This document shows positions 20,952 through 31,565 of a stretch of DNA of 64,000 nucleotides, piece by piece. The translations under genes were made by a program, and so were the position numbers. The notes under the pieces are model-generated. The model had not been told where the DNA came from and did no database searches. It worked only from the letters and a program-made list of their open reading frames with translations. The DNA is from an uncultured delta proteobacterium (lineage in GTDB: Bacteria; Desulfobacterota; Desulfobacteria; Desulfobacterales; JAHEIW01), in the NCBI GenBank assembly GCA_963706575.1, contig CAVPNL010000004.1, forward strand, positions 512,001-576,000, in the 5' to 3' direction. Position 1 is the first letter of the stretch. The number at the start of each line of letters is the position of its first letter.

Positions 20952-23900
20952 AAGGGATCACCGCATTTGCACTGAATAATTCGCGAACCGTCGTCATGAC
21001 CTTATTGCTGGTAATCTTCGGTGGCGGCTATGCATTTGTCGAGTCTTCCGAAACTGGAAGACCCTTTAATCACGATTCGCGAAGCGCTGGTGGTGGCAAA
21101 ATATCCCGGCATGCCGGTGGAGCAGGTCGAGCGCCTGATTACCCGGCCCATCGAAGAGAAAATCCGGAGCATGGGCGAGATCGATAAGATTAAGGATTCC
21201 ACCTCCAAAGTCGGCGGGTGCCTGATCCATGTGATCCTCAAAGATGAAGTGCCCACCGAACAGCTACCGGCGACATGGAAATTGCTGCGCAACCGAATGA
21301 GTGATGTCAAACCCGAGCTGCCGGCAGGCACCATCGGGCCGATGGTCGACGATACCTTCGGCGATACGTCGGTGGCCACCATCGCGCTCTGGAGCGATGG
21401 ATTCAGCATGGCGGAAATGCATGAAACCGCCCGTCAAATCAGAGAACGCCTCAACATGATAAAGGGCATCCAGAAGGTCGATCTCACCGGGGTGCAGGAT
21501 GAGCGCATTTATCTCGATGTGTCCAGCGCCCGGATTGCGCAGCTGGGAATCGATACCGCCGATATCGGCAAAAGCCTGCGGGAGCAGAACATTGTCCTGC
21601 CCGCCGGCAGGATAAACCTCAACGATGTGGAAATCATCGTAGAGACCCAGGGCCGGTTCACCTCCATCGAGGAGATCGCTGAGGTGCTTATCCCGATTTC
21701 CGGCACCCAGGCCTCGATTCCGCTGCGTGACATTGCAACCATCAGAAGAGCTTACGTGGAGCCGATCGACAATCCGGCTTACTACAACGGCCATCAAGCA
21801 ATTGTTTTAAGTATCTTTATCCTCAGAGGGGTCGATGCGGTTGAGTTCGGCGAGCGCTTGCAGAAAAAAGTCAAAGAGATGGAGGACGCCCTTCCCTGGG
21901 GTTACAGACTCGAATTTGCCACCTACCAGCCCGAGCTCATTCAAAAGGCTGTCAGCGGCATGGTGATCAATGTGATCGAAAGTGTGGGCATCGTCCTGGT
22001 GGTGGTCATGTTGCTGCTGGGGCTGCGAACCGGTTTGATTGTGGGCTCATTTATCCCCCTGGTCATGCTTTTCGGTATCTTGACTATGCGTGCACTGGGG
22101 ATTGATATGGAACGCATGTCGCTGGCGACGATGATTATTGCCTTGGGCATGTTCGTGGATAACGCCATTGTGGTATCCGATGACATTAAAGTCAATATGG
22201 AAACGGGAATGGAACGCAAAGAGGCCGTTTTAAAAAGCGGCGGTTCCCTCGCGGTTCCTTTGCTCACCAGTACGCTGACGACGGTTTTTGCCTTCGGACC
22301 GATTCTGCTCCAGATCGGTACGACGGGCGATTACACCTCCTCGCTGGGTTCGGTGATGATCATCCTGCTGATGGGATCGTGGTTTTTTTCGATGTTTTCT
22401 TCCACCAGCATGTGCTACTGGTTTCTGAAGACAAAACCGGCCGGCGGCGGTGATAAACAACAGCCGCACGATCCGTACCAGGGAAGATTCTATCGGTTCT
22501 ATCGCGGGGTCCTGAAACTCTCCCTGCGCTTTCGTTTCCTGGTGATAGCTGTGACGGGCGGCATATTTGTTCTTGCTCTGTATGCGCTGTCGTTTGTACC
22601 CCAGGCCTTTTTCCCGGGCGGGGACCGCAACCAGTATTTAATTTATCTCGACCTGCCCGCCGGAACGCGCATCGAGGAGACCGACCGGACCGTGAGAAAA
22701 CTCAGCGCCTGGCTGCAGGATAAAGAGCAAAACCCGGAAATCACCGGAACCATCGCCTATGTGGGAAACGGCGGGCCGCGTTTTTTCCTCTCACTGGCGC
22801 CGGTGGACCCGGATCCGTTTGTTGGATTTTTAATCGTCAACACCCAGACCAGCAAAGAGGTGCCCGAACTGGTCACGCGCACGAGCCAATATATTCTGAA
22901 TAATTTCCCCAATGTGCGCGGGCGGGTGAAGTCCATGTGGCTAGGCGGCAGTGAAACCGGCCTGTTTCAAATCCGGCTCAGCGGTCCCGGCATAGCGGTG
23001 CTGCAGGAGCAGGCCGAGCAGTTGATGGCCGCGCTGCGCAAGATCCCCGGCAGCATCGATATCAAACAGGATTGGAACAACCTGGTCATGATGGCCAAGG
23101 CGGATGTCGATCAGGCCCGCGCCCGCCGCGCCGGGGTGACATCGGAGAATGTGGCCAATGCCCTGGACTTCTTTATCGACGGTGCCACGACCACCGATTA
23201 CCATGAGGGCAATGTCGAGATCCCCATCGTGGGACGCGGCGAAAAGGCTGAAAGGGAATCCCCTGAAAGCCTGGGCACGATCGGCATCCGTACTTCATCC
23301 GGCGGCAGCGTTCCGCTCAACCAGGTTGCCGATGCCTATACCGTCGGTGTGTTGAACCGTATCATGCGCTACAATCAGGAGCGCACCATCACTGTCAGCG
23401 CCAAGAACCAGGTGCTGAAGGCTTCCGAAATCTTCGCGGCCCTTACGCCGACACTCGAGGCCATGGATTTTCCGAAACACCACTTCTGGGAATTAGGGGG
23501 CGAGCTGGAAGATTCCGCCCGGGCCAAGAGGAACCTGGCGAAATGGATGCTGCCCTGCTTTGGCGGCATTGTGTTTCTGCTGGTCTGGCAGTTTAACTCC
23601 ATCCGCCGGGCGGCCATCATTATCCTGACCATGCCGCTGGTCATTGTCGGATCAGTGGTGGGCCTGTTGCTGATGCAGGCCGATTTCGGTTTTATGGTCA
23701 TCCTCGGGCTTCTGGCCCTGGCCGGATCGATTGTGAACAACGGCATCGTGATGATCGATAAAATTGAAGAGAACCGTCGTGACGGGCAGACGCCCTATGA
23801 TGCGGTGATCAATTCGGCCGTCAGTCGATTCAGACCGATCCTGCTTTCGGTTTCAACAACCATGCTCGGATTCTCGCCGCTGATCATCAATCGGGATCCG

Positions 23901-24032
23901 CTTTTTTACGGCATGGCATGCATCATGTTTTTCGGCCTGGGCATCGGCAGTTTATTTACGCTAAACTATGTGCCGGCACTATACAGCATCTTTTTTCGGG
24001 TCAAATCCCCGGCAGATAATACGCCAGCCTGA
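20948..24032 (+). pseudogene. RND efflux permease with one extra base near 21035-21042 (possible sequencing error)
   Basis: N-terminal TM in one frame continues as SLPKLEDP...GMFVDNAIVV...RFRPILL in the next; 1027 aa when corrected. Confidence 0.85.
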
Positions 24033-24096
24033 CCCCAAAAGGGCTCTAAGGCAGCGATACTTCCGCGTATTACTTTAACTATCAAACAATACATAT

Positions 24097-24639
24097 TTAG
24101 CAGAAGTACGCGTCCAGCAGTTTGGTTTTCGCCTGATTGAGTAATGGTTCAAATTTGGCCCGTATCTCCCCGGCTTTCTCTTGCCAGGCTTTGTCGGCTT
24201 CCAGGTTGGGTACGACCGCCGGACCGGAGATAAAATGATCTTTAGCAAGCTTATCCAGTGAAATTTTAGATCGCTCCTGAGCCGCCGCATCAATTGCTTC
24301 ATCAAATTCATGCAAAACCGAAGTGACCCTTTCAATATCGGCAACCTTTAACTGAGCCAGCAGTTCAAACCATGCGTGATTATCGGCTCCAAGTTCGATC
24401 TGCCCGCATATTTCTTTAATCAAGAGTGCGTTTCCTGACAGATCATAGTCTTTTTGCATTTTTTGGTATTCGGATCTCAAATTGTCGGCGTTGAGCGCCT
24501 GGTCTCTAAATTTCTGCAGCAGACCGCGGATACGACTGCCGATCTCTTTATTGATCTGCTCCTTTCTCTCCTCGGAGCTGAGGCTCAGATCCTTGGTTTT
24601 TTCCATTACCAGGTCTAATGTACTTTTAATTTCTGCCAT
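24097..24639 (-). CDS. Hypothetical helical protein
   Basis: 180-aa ORF MAEIKSTLDLVMEKTK with GGAG RBS. Confidence 0.7.
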   Translation of the reverse strand: MAEIKSTLDLVMEKTKDLSLSSEERKEQINKEIGSRIRGLLQKFRDQALNADNLRSEYQKMQKDYDLSGNALLIKEICGQIELGADNHAWFELLAQLKVADIERVTSVLHEFDEAIDAAAQERSKISLDKLAKDHFISGPAVVPNLEADKAWQEKAGEIRAKFEPLLNQAKTKLLDAYFC

Positions 24640-24709
24640 TTAAGTCTCCATAATAAATGAAAAAAAATTAGACCATAATAGCTATTTGAAACCATATTAA
24701 TTGGTTAAA

Positions 24710-24836
24710 CTCGAAGAACGAAATCCGAAACAAACCCGAATATCAAATGACAAAAATTCAAAACCGAAGTTTTGGACATTCGAATTTATAATTTTGAATT
24801 TGTTTTGAATTTCGATTTTCGGATTTCGCATTTTTA
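24710..24836. repeat. Heptamer-based inverted repeat element (CGAAATC/GATTTCG type)
   Basis: CGAAATCCGAAA...TTTCGGATTTCG arms. Confidence 0.6.
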
Positions 24837-24869
24837 AATAAATTATGGCAATATTTAACAGATCGTTTA

Positions 24870-25298
24870 TTATTCCGGCTGAATTAACCGATCCAGGATA
24901 AATCCGTGGAAGCTGTCTCCGCTGCCGGCGATAAAGACCCAGCCCAAATGCGTCAGGCACATGGTACAAAAACTAACCCGCCAGGCATAGCCGCTAAACC
25001 AGGTAAATTCCGTCGAAGGCGGCCCGGCATAGCCGCACCCCTGTGCATATTTATAGCAGCCAATTTCAAAAACGATTCCATGGGGATTGGCGAAGGTGTG
25101 ATGATGCGCGCCCTGGACGGAAATGCGCTCTGCCGGCCGGGTAATGGCCTGGTGGCATTGGCGGCAGAGGATGAGTTCCTCTTCTTCGGGAGCGGGTTCC
25201 TCGGCTTCTTCTTCGATCAGCTCCGGAGCATCCTCGCCGCTTTTTTTGCCGGGCTGCTCGCGAAATAAAGGTGTATCAACAATCTCTACCGTTTCCAT
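24870..25298 (-). CDS. Cereblon-family (CULT domain) protein
   Basis: CRQC...FANPHG...TWFSGYAW...CTMC.THLGW: Zn ligands and three pocket Trp residues. Confidence 0.88.
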   Translation of the reverse strand: METVEIVDTPLFREQPGKKSGEDAPELIEEEAEEPAPEEEELILCRQCHQAITRPAERISVQGAHHHTFANPHGIVFEIGCYKYAQGCGYAGPPSTEFTWFSGYAWRVSFCTMCLTHLGWVFIAGSGDSFHGFILDRLIQPE

Positions 25299-25329
25299 TT
25301 TCCCCGCCCTGTATTCAGGGAATATTCAT

Positions 25330-27087
25330 TTACCCTTTAAACAGCGACTTTTTGAGCACCGCTTTATTGTACGCACCGATAATGTCCCGCCGACTGACCA
25401 CGCCTTCCAGTTTATTGGGCTCCTGCGCAGAAACAACCGGCAAAACCGCAAAATCTTTGGCACTGATCTTTTCCAGCGCCGTCCACAGATTGTCGTCCAT
25501 GGAAATCGTCACCAGATCGGTGGTGGCCAGATCCCTGGCCACCACCAAATCTTTGAGATGTTCGTCAAAAATGGCTTCGTTATAGTCATTAAAAGAAAGG
25601 ATGCCGATCAGCTGATTTTGCGCATTGAGTACCGGAAAGCTGTTAAACTTGCTTTTGGATATCACCTCGGCCATTTGCTCCAGCGGCAATGCTTCGTCAA
25701 TGGTTTCAACATTCGGATTCATCACATCTTTTACAAACATTGATTTTAAAACATTGACCTCTTTGCCTTCTTTGATATCGATGCCGCGTCTGACCAATTT
25801 CAAGGTATAAATTGAATCCCTCAGCAGCTGTCCGCTGGCGATTGCAGCTATAATGCATGAGAGCATAAGCGGAAGAATGATTTTATAATCACCGGTCATC
25901 TCAAACAAAATTAAAATAGCGGCCAGCGGACCATGGGTGGTGGCGGCCACCACCGCCCCCATGCCGACGATGCTGTAAGCCCCGGGAGATGCGGTGATGC
26001 TGGGGAACAATTGATGAACCACGGCCCCGAAGACCCCCCCGGCCATGGCCCCCAGAAAAAGCGATGGGGCAAAAATTCCGCCGGAACCGCCTGAGCCGAT
26101 GGTAATGGATGTGGCCAAAATTTTGGCCGGCACCAGAACCAGCAAAAGCCACCAGGCCATCTGCTGCATCAGCGCCATGTCAATGGCTCCATATCCGACG
26201 CCCAGAATCTGCGGAAAAACCAGCGAAGCGACCCCCAGAAACAGTCCGCCGATAATTCCCTTGAGATACTCGGGAAATTTAATCTCGTCAAATAAATCCT
26301 CGATTCGATACAGGGTTTTGGTGAAAGTGATCCCGACCAGCGCACAAAAAAGACCCAGAAACAGATACATGGGAAGCTCCCAGGCGCTGACCAGTTCATA
26401 AACCGGAACGATAAAGGCCGGTGTATCCCCCAGATAGGCCCGCGAAACAGCGGTGGCAACAACGGAACTGATCACAATCGGGCTAAATGTGGCCAGACCG
26501 AAATCACCGAGAATAATTTCCAGGGCAAACATGGAGCCGGCGATGGGGGCGTTAAACGTTGCGGCAATGCCGGCGGCAGCCCCGCAGCCGACCAGAATAC
26601 GCATTCGATCGGCCGAAACTTTCATAAACTGGCCCAGTGCTGATCCGATGGCAGAGCCAATTTGAACGATCGGACCCTCGCGGCCCACCGAACCGCCCGT
26701 ACTGATACTGATGGCGGAAGCCAGTGTTTTGACCACCACAACCCGCTTTCTGATCACACCACCCTTAATCGCTACCGATTCCATAACCTCCGGTACGCCA
26801 TGTCCTTTGGCCTCCCGGGCAAAAAAATAAACCAGCGGCCCCACAATCAGGCCGCCGATTACCGGAATCGTCACACGATAATACCATGGCAGATTGACCA
26901 CCAGTTGCAGCAAATCGTTCTCACCGCCGTAAGCCAGCGTCTGAAAAATGCTGATCAGATGCCGAAAACCAACGGCGCCGAAACCGCCTGCCGCACCCAC
27001 AATGACGGCCAGTATCACCATAATCGTATGCTCATTGGCCCGGATCTGTTTTAGATTTGAAAATTTTTCAAAAAACTGAGTTTTCAT
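25330..27087 (-). CDS. ClC chloride channel/antiporter with two CBS domains
   Basis: GHGVPE, GREGP, FALE, GIFAP and SIYT motifs; C-terminal CBS pair. Confidence 0.92.
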   Translation of the reverse strand: MKTQFFEKFSNLKQIRANEHTIMVILAVIVGAAGGFGAVGFRHLISIFQTLAYGGENDLLQLVVNLPWYYRVTIPVIGGLIVGPLVYFFAREAKGHGVPEVMESVAIKGGVIRKRVVVVKTLASAISISTGGSVGREGPIVQIGSAIGSALGQFMKVSADRMRILVGCGAAAGIAATFNAPIAGSMFALEIILGDFGLATFSPIVISSVVATAVSRAYLGDTPAFIVPVYELVSAWELPMYLFLGLFCALVGITFTKTLYRIEDLFDEIKFPEYLKGIIGGLFLGVASLVFPQILGVGYGAIDMALMQQMAWWLLLVLVPAKILATSITIGSGGSGGIFAPSLFLGAMAGGVFGAVVHQLFPSITASPGAYSIVGMGAVVAATTHGPLAAILILFEMTGDYKIILPLMLSCIIAAIASGQLLRDSIYTLKLVRRGIDIKEGKEVNVLKSMFVKDVMNPNVETIDEALPLEQMAEVISKSKFNSFPVLNAQNQLIGILSFNDYNEAIFDEHLKDLVVARDLATTDLVTISMDDNLWTALEKISAKDFAVLPVVSAQEPNKLEGVVSRRDIIGAYNKAVLKKSLFKG

Positions 27088-27439
27088 CGATTGTTTTTCC
27101 GATTTAAATTCTTGTAAATTATGAGAATACGGTTATCCTCAGATGCGCTTAAACTCTTAGTGCTTGAAAATATTTGTGATTTTTATATATGCCGCCAGAC
27201 GGAAGTGTCAAGGGATAAATCCCCGAGGCAGATCGAAGCTAATCATCTACCGAATTTAGATAATATTTTATAATTTTATTTTGGGATTGACGCCATGCTC
27301 AAAATCCGGTAGATGATTGTTTTTTAATCATAACGATGCCTTGACATCAAAGAAAAAATACATATATTTCCAGCAAAAAGAGTGACATAGATAGTTAACT
27401 ACCTGATATCTCTTTTAATTCAATTTCAGGAGGACAAAT

Positions 27440-27679
27440 ATGCCGTTTTACGAGTTCCAGTGCCCGGAAGGCACAATAACCGAACGCCTGGTCCCGATCG
27501 GTACCGCGCATATCAAATGCCCCAAATGTAACAAGCGGGCCAAAAAGATTTTATCGGCCTGCTCTTTCAAACTGGTCGGGGGCGGATGGTATGCTGATGG
27601 ATATTCTTCAGCGAAAACGGGCTCCAAAAAAACGTCTACCAAAAGTGCTAAAAAGGAAACGAAAACCAAAGAAGCGTGA
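27440..27679 (+). CDS. FmdB-family zinc-ribbon protein
   Basis: MPFYEFQC...CPKC...GGGWYADGY with low-complexity tail; AGGAGG RBS. Confidence 0.8.
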   Translation: MPFYEFQCPEGTITERLVPIGTAHIKCPKCNKRAKKILSACSFKLVGGGWYADGYSSAKTGSKKTSTKSAKKETKTKEA

Positions 27680-27958
27680 TCCGGGGTTCGTTTGACGTCG
27701 GTACAAATCCGGCATAAGAATGCGTTACCCAATAGCTTCAGTGAAAGCTGCACAACAGACTTCGCCTTTCAACAAATACCAGTGTCCCCCCTGTGGTCAT
27801 GCTACAGGGGGGTTGTTATTTGCTGCTTGTCAATCATCAATTCAGACATCAATTCGGATCTTTTGGCTGCTGCCATCCCCATCCGAACCGGCAAGATTAT
27901 TTTCTTTCTATTCATTACCGTTCACCGGGTGACCCAATCGCAATGCAAGAGGTAAATT

Positions 27959-29479
27959 GTGGAATCAAAATGTGAATATTCAAGCATGCAAATCCCCGCT
28001 GATCCGAAATATGCAACCGCAGCTGCCGGCTATGTATGCGAAATCGCCCGTACGATCGGAATGCCAAAGCAGGACCTAAAATCTCTTGAAAAAGGCATGA
28101 TCGAAGCCATCAACGCCCTGATCGAGTATTCCTTCGAACCCGATGAAAAAGGTATCCTGGAGGTATCTTGTGAACGCGTCCCTGAAGGTTTTAAGGTGAG
28201 CCTGCGGGATAAAGGGCTACCTTTTGGAACCGTAGCGGCAGAATTATCCGTCAGCGAGGGTCAGGTTGACGATATTCCCGGAATGGCGGAACCGATTTCC
28301 CACCTCAAGGAATATCTCGATGAAATTCGGCTCCACAATCTGGGCCCGGAAGGCAAGGAACTGGTTTTAATAAAGCACCTCAAAAATAAAAATATCACTG
28401 ACTATTACGCCGCCTGCGACCTGGAGCCATATGAATCTTCGGCAACACCCATAGCCTTATCCGAGGATCAAACAAAATGCCGCATCCGGCGCATGAAGCC
28501 GGACGATGCTGCCGAAATATCAAAAACCATATATAAAACCTATGGCTATACCTATCCCCATGACTATGTCTATTATCCTGAAAAAATTATCGCTCTGAAT
28601 GAAAGCGGCCGGGTTTTCTCCGCCGTGGCTATTGCCGGAGATGAAGAAATTGCCGGTTACGGCGTCTTTCAAATCTGGGAAGAAAACCCTAAAATCGTTG
28701 AAATGGCCCAGGGCGTCGTCAAACCGGAATTTCGCTCTCTGGGGTGTTTCGGCAATATTACCCAATATCTGATAGATGAGGTAAAATCCCGGGGCATCCA
28801 GGGCGCCTTCGGCGAGGCGGTTACCAACCACACGGTATCGCAACATACGGTTCACGGTTTCGGTTTCAAAGACTGCGGCTTGAGACTCGGCGCGGTACCG
28901 CCGAACATCGTGTTTAAAGGGATGACAGGTAAAATCCCTCATAAGGTGAGCTTGCTGGTGCAATTTTTGTATCTGCAACAGATGCCGGCGCACGCGCTCA
29001 AGGTCTATGCGCCGGATCATCACAAAGACATGATCGCCGCGCTATACAAAGAAATGGGTATTCGACCTGAGATTAAAACGGCGGTCCCGGCGAAAACAAA
29101 AAAGGCCGCAGCCACATCGATTGTTAAAATATGGCAGATCGCATCAATGAGTTATGCCCGCATGATCATTGAACGCTATGGTCGCAACATCGCCAGTGAG
29201 TTAAGAAACAAAGTAAAAGAAATTTGCCGGCAAAAAACCGAAATTATAAATCTTTTCTTAAACCTGTCCGATCCGCTAACCGGCACATATGCGTTGCAAT
29301 TTGAAACGCTGGGATTTTTCTTTGCCGGCATATTACCGGGCGGGTTCAAGAATGGAGATGCCTTGATTCTGCAGTATTTAAACAATGTGCCGATCGATTA
29401 TGACGCCATTCAGGTCGAATCCGCCATTGCCCAAAGACTGCTGGCCTATGTGCGCGCACAGGATCCGAATTTAAATTAG
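27959..29479 (+). CDS. RsbW-like HATPase domain fused to GNAT-like domain
   Basis: N-terminal LRDKGLPF...DEIRLHNLGPEGKE; central YGYTY...VVKPEFRSLG...EAVTNH; start uncertain. Confidence 0.7.
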   Translation: MESKCEYSSMQIPADPKYATAAAGYVCEIARTIGMPKQDLKSLEKGMIEAINALIEYSFEPDEKGILEVSCERVPEGFKVSLRDKGLPFGTVAAELSVSEGQVDDIPGMAEPISHLKEYLDEIRLHNLGPEGKELVLIKHLKNKNITDYYAACDLEPYESSATPIALSEDQTKCRIRRMKPDDAAEISKTIYKTYGYTYPHDYVYYPEKIIALNESGRVFSAVAIAGDEEIAGYGVFQIWEENPKIVEMAQGVVKPEFRSLGCFGNITQYLIDEVKSRGIQGAFGEAVTNHTVSQHTVHGFGFKDCGLRLGAVPPNIVFKGMTGKIPHKVSLLVQFLYLQQMPAHALKVYAPDHHKDMIAALYKEMGIRPEIKTAVPAKTKKAAATSIVKIWQIASMSYARMIIERYGRNIASELRNKVKEICRQKTEIINLFLNLSDPLTGTYALQFETLGFFFAGILPGGFKNGDALILQYLNNVPIDYDAIQVESAIAQRLLAYVRAQDPNLN

Positions 29480-29578
29480 CCACGGACCCTTCTTCGCTCT
29501 GTCGAGCTACGCCGCGGCAGGCCCACACATAAAGACACGGACATTTCCTTTTATCGACAAAATAATAAGGCAGACGGG

Positions 29579-29640
29579 TCATGACGCAAAAGGACAATTC
29601 ATGATTGCAGGAGGGCAACTCATGACGGAAAAGGACAAAT
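29579..29640 (+). promoter_or_regulatory. Three tandem 20-21 bp TCATGA-anchored direct repeats (putative LytTR sites)
   Basis: TCATGACGCAAAAGGACAAT / TCATGATTGCAGGAGGGCAAC / TCATGACGGAAAAGGACAAAT. Confidence 0.6.
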
Positions 29641-29723
29641 AAAAAAGGTTCAGGGTTGAAGCTTCAAGGTGAATGAAAAGAAATTCTTTAAAATCTTGAA
29701 AATAAAATGGAGGATCGGACGGG

Positions 29724-30077
29724 ATGATGGATGCTATCGTAAGAAGACTGCCGGTGAAAGGAAAAGATGGTTCAATCGATCTGATCGAAATCGAGGGAAT
29801 TTTTTATCTCGAAGCCAAGGGACATGATACGCTGATTCGAACCAGGCGAAAAAAACCTTATGAATCCGTACAGCGGATACAGGAGCTTGCCAAAAAGCTG
29901 CCGGCACCGGCGTTTGTGCGTTGCCATCGGGAATACATTGTCAATTTGAACCGGGCCCGTTCTCTCACGCCTCGCAAATCAAAAGACTACGATCTCCGCC
30001 TGGACCCTCCTGTCAACCGCCGTATCCCAATCGCCCGCGACCGGCTGGAGAAGGTTCGCCGCATTCTTGGAGTTTAA
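29724..30077 (+). CDS. Stand-alone LytTR DNA-binding protein
   Basis: IFYLEAKGH...FVRCHREYIVNL...IPIARDR; no receiver domain. Confidence 0.88.
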   Translation: MMDAIVRRLPVKGKDGSIDLIEIEGIFYLEAKGHDTLIRTRRKKPYESVQRIQELAKKLPAPAFVRCHREYIVNLNRARSLTPRKSKDYDLRLDPPVNRRIPIARDRLEKVRRILGV

Positions 30078-30565
30078 GTGCCACTATATAAAGAAACCAT
30101 TAGATAGAATTGCAGTAGTCAGAATTTTATCTGACATAATTTGTTTAGAACTCGCCATCAAATCGGGCATCGGCTAAATTTCAAAACTATTTCAGCATAA
30201 TTGAAAGTCATACATTCATGTGATACTCCTACATATCTGTAGTTTAGGGAAATTTGTGATATTTTATAATATCACAGGTTTTCAAAGAGCTGGTTTTTTG
30301 CCGATTATCTCAATGTATCAGTACCTGACCAATATTTAATTATATTGCAACTGATGTAATCCCTTCGCAACGATTTATTTAGTTATTAAAACTGACTGTA
30401 TCGAGTATTTAATTGTGGAAGAAATGAGTCACTTTTGTTGACTTTTTTTCACAATATTAGTCCATGAAACATCTTTCATTTCGATTAACCATCTGAAATT
30501 AAACTATTTCTGGTTTCGAATAAAGACTTGCATAATTTTTGCAAAAATGAAACTATCGAATTTTA

Positions 30566-31354
30566 TTGGTCAAATATATAAGATTGTCGGAGGAAATTAT
30601 GAATTGGAGGATTCCAAAAGGAAAATTTGGGCAACAAATCTCTATAAAAAACTTACTTGTGGTCCTTATAGTAGGCTTTGTTACAATTGTAGGGATTGGA
30701 ATATCCGGTTTATTAGCCAATGAGGACAATACTGAAAACAATTCTGATTTTAGTTACCAAAATGCGGCCCAGGCGCAGCATGCGCATAACTTAGCCTTAC
30801 AGGCGACACTGCAAAACCCTAAAGTAACCGAGGCCATTGCGCTTGCAAAAATCAGCAAAGACCCCCAGGATATTCAAACCGCAAAGCAATTGTTTCATAA
30901 TGAAATGGATAAGCTCAGCAAGCAAATTGCAAATATGCGAGCATCGGATATGGGTTGGGGAAATATTGCCAAGCAATTGAATGTGCATCCTTCCTATTTA
31001 GGAAAGAGACAATCTATGGTTTTTGCTAAAAATGATATTTTTTATAAAAATCACCAGCTTGCCAAAACTAATACCAAGGTAGCGAATACCAGGAGCCGTA
31101 AAGGAAAAAATACAAAGGGGCATTATGGTCGTGACTCAAAATCAAAGAGTAAAAGTTTAGGCCTGTCCCATACCGGAAATCTTGGTCATAGCAAGGGCCG
31201 GGGACTTGCCTTGGGACATAGTAAAGGCGCAGGTAACAGCACTCTCGGCGGTAATAGCGCTGGTCATGGCAGCGGTCACGGAAACGGTCATGGTGGTGGC
31301 CATGGCGGCGGTCATGGCGGCGGTCATGGTGGCGGCAACGGAAGCGGTAAATAG
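30566..31354 (+). CDS. Secreted or membrane-anchored hypothetical protein with Gly/His-rich tail
   Basis: N-terminal TM; MGWGNIAKQLNVHP; (GHGG)n C-terminus; start uncertain (ATG 30599 possible). Confidence 0.65.
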   Translation: MVKYIRLSEEIMNWRIPKGKFGQQISIKNLLVVLIVGFVTIVGIGISGLLANEDNTENNSDFSYQNAAQAQHAHNLALQATLQNPKVTEAIALAKISKDPQDIQTAKQLFHNEMDKLSKQIANMRASDMGWGNIAKQLNVHPSYLGKRQSMVFAKNDIFYKNHQLAKTNTKVANTRSRKGKNTKGHYGRDSKSKSKSLGLSHTGNLGHSKGRGLALGHSKGAGNSTLGGNSAGHGSGHGNGHGGGHGGGHGGGHGGGNGSGK

Positions 31355-31565
31355 AATAATAATTCGATACTTGCTTTACTCCAACTAATCAAAGGTTTTT
31401 AGCGCTACAAAAATGTTGTGATATTCTGACATATCTGCAATTTTAGCAAACCACAGATTATCTCAATGTATCGGTACTTCAGTGATATTTGGTTTTCTGG
31501 AAAAAAATCCAAAATCATGTTATTCTTTGGGATCAATAAAGCTTTTAAACTAAAAGAGACCACCG

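Noticed and set aside
30527..30543. Sigma54 promoter TTGCATAATTTTTGCA
   Set aside because: It lacks the invariant GG at -24
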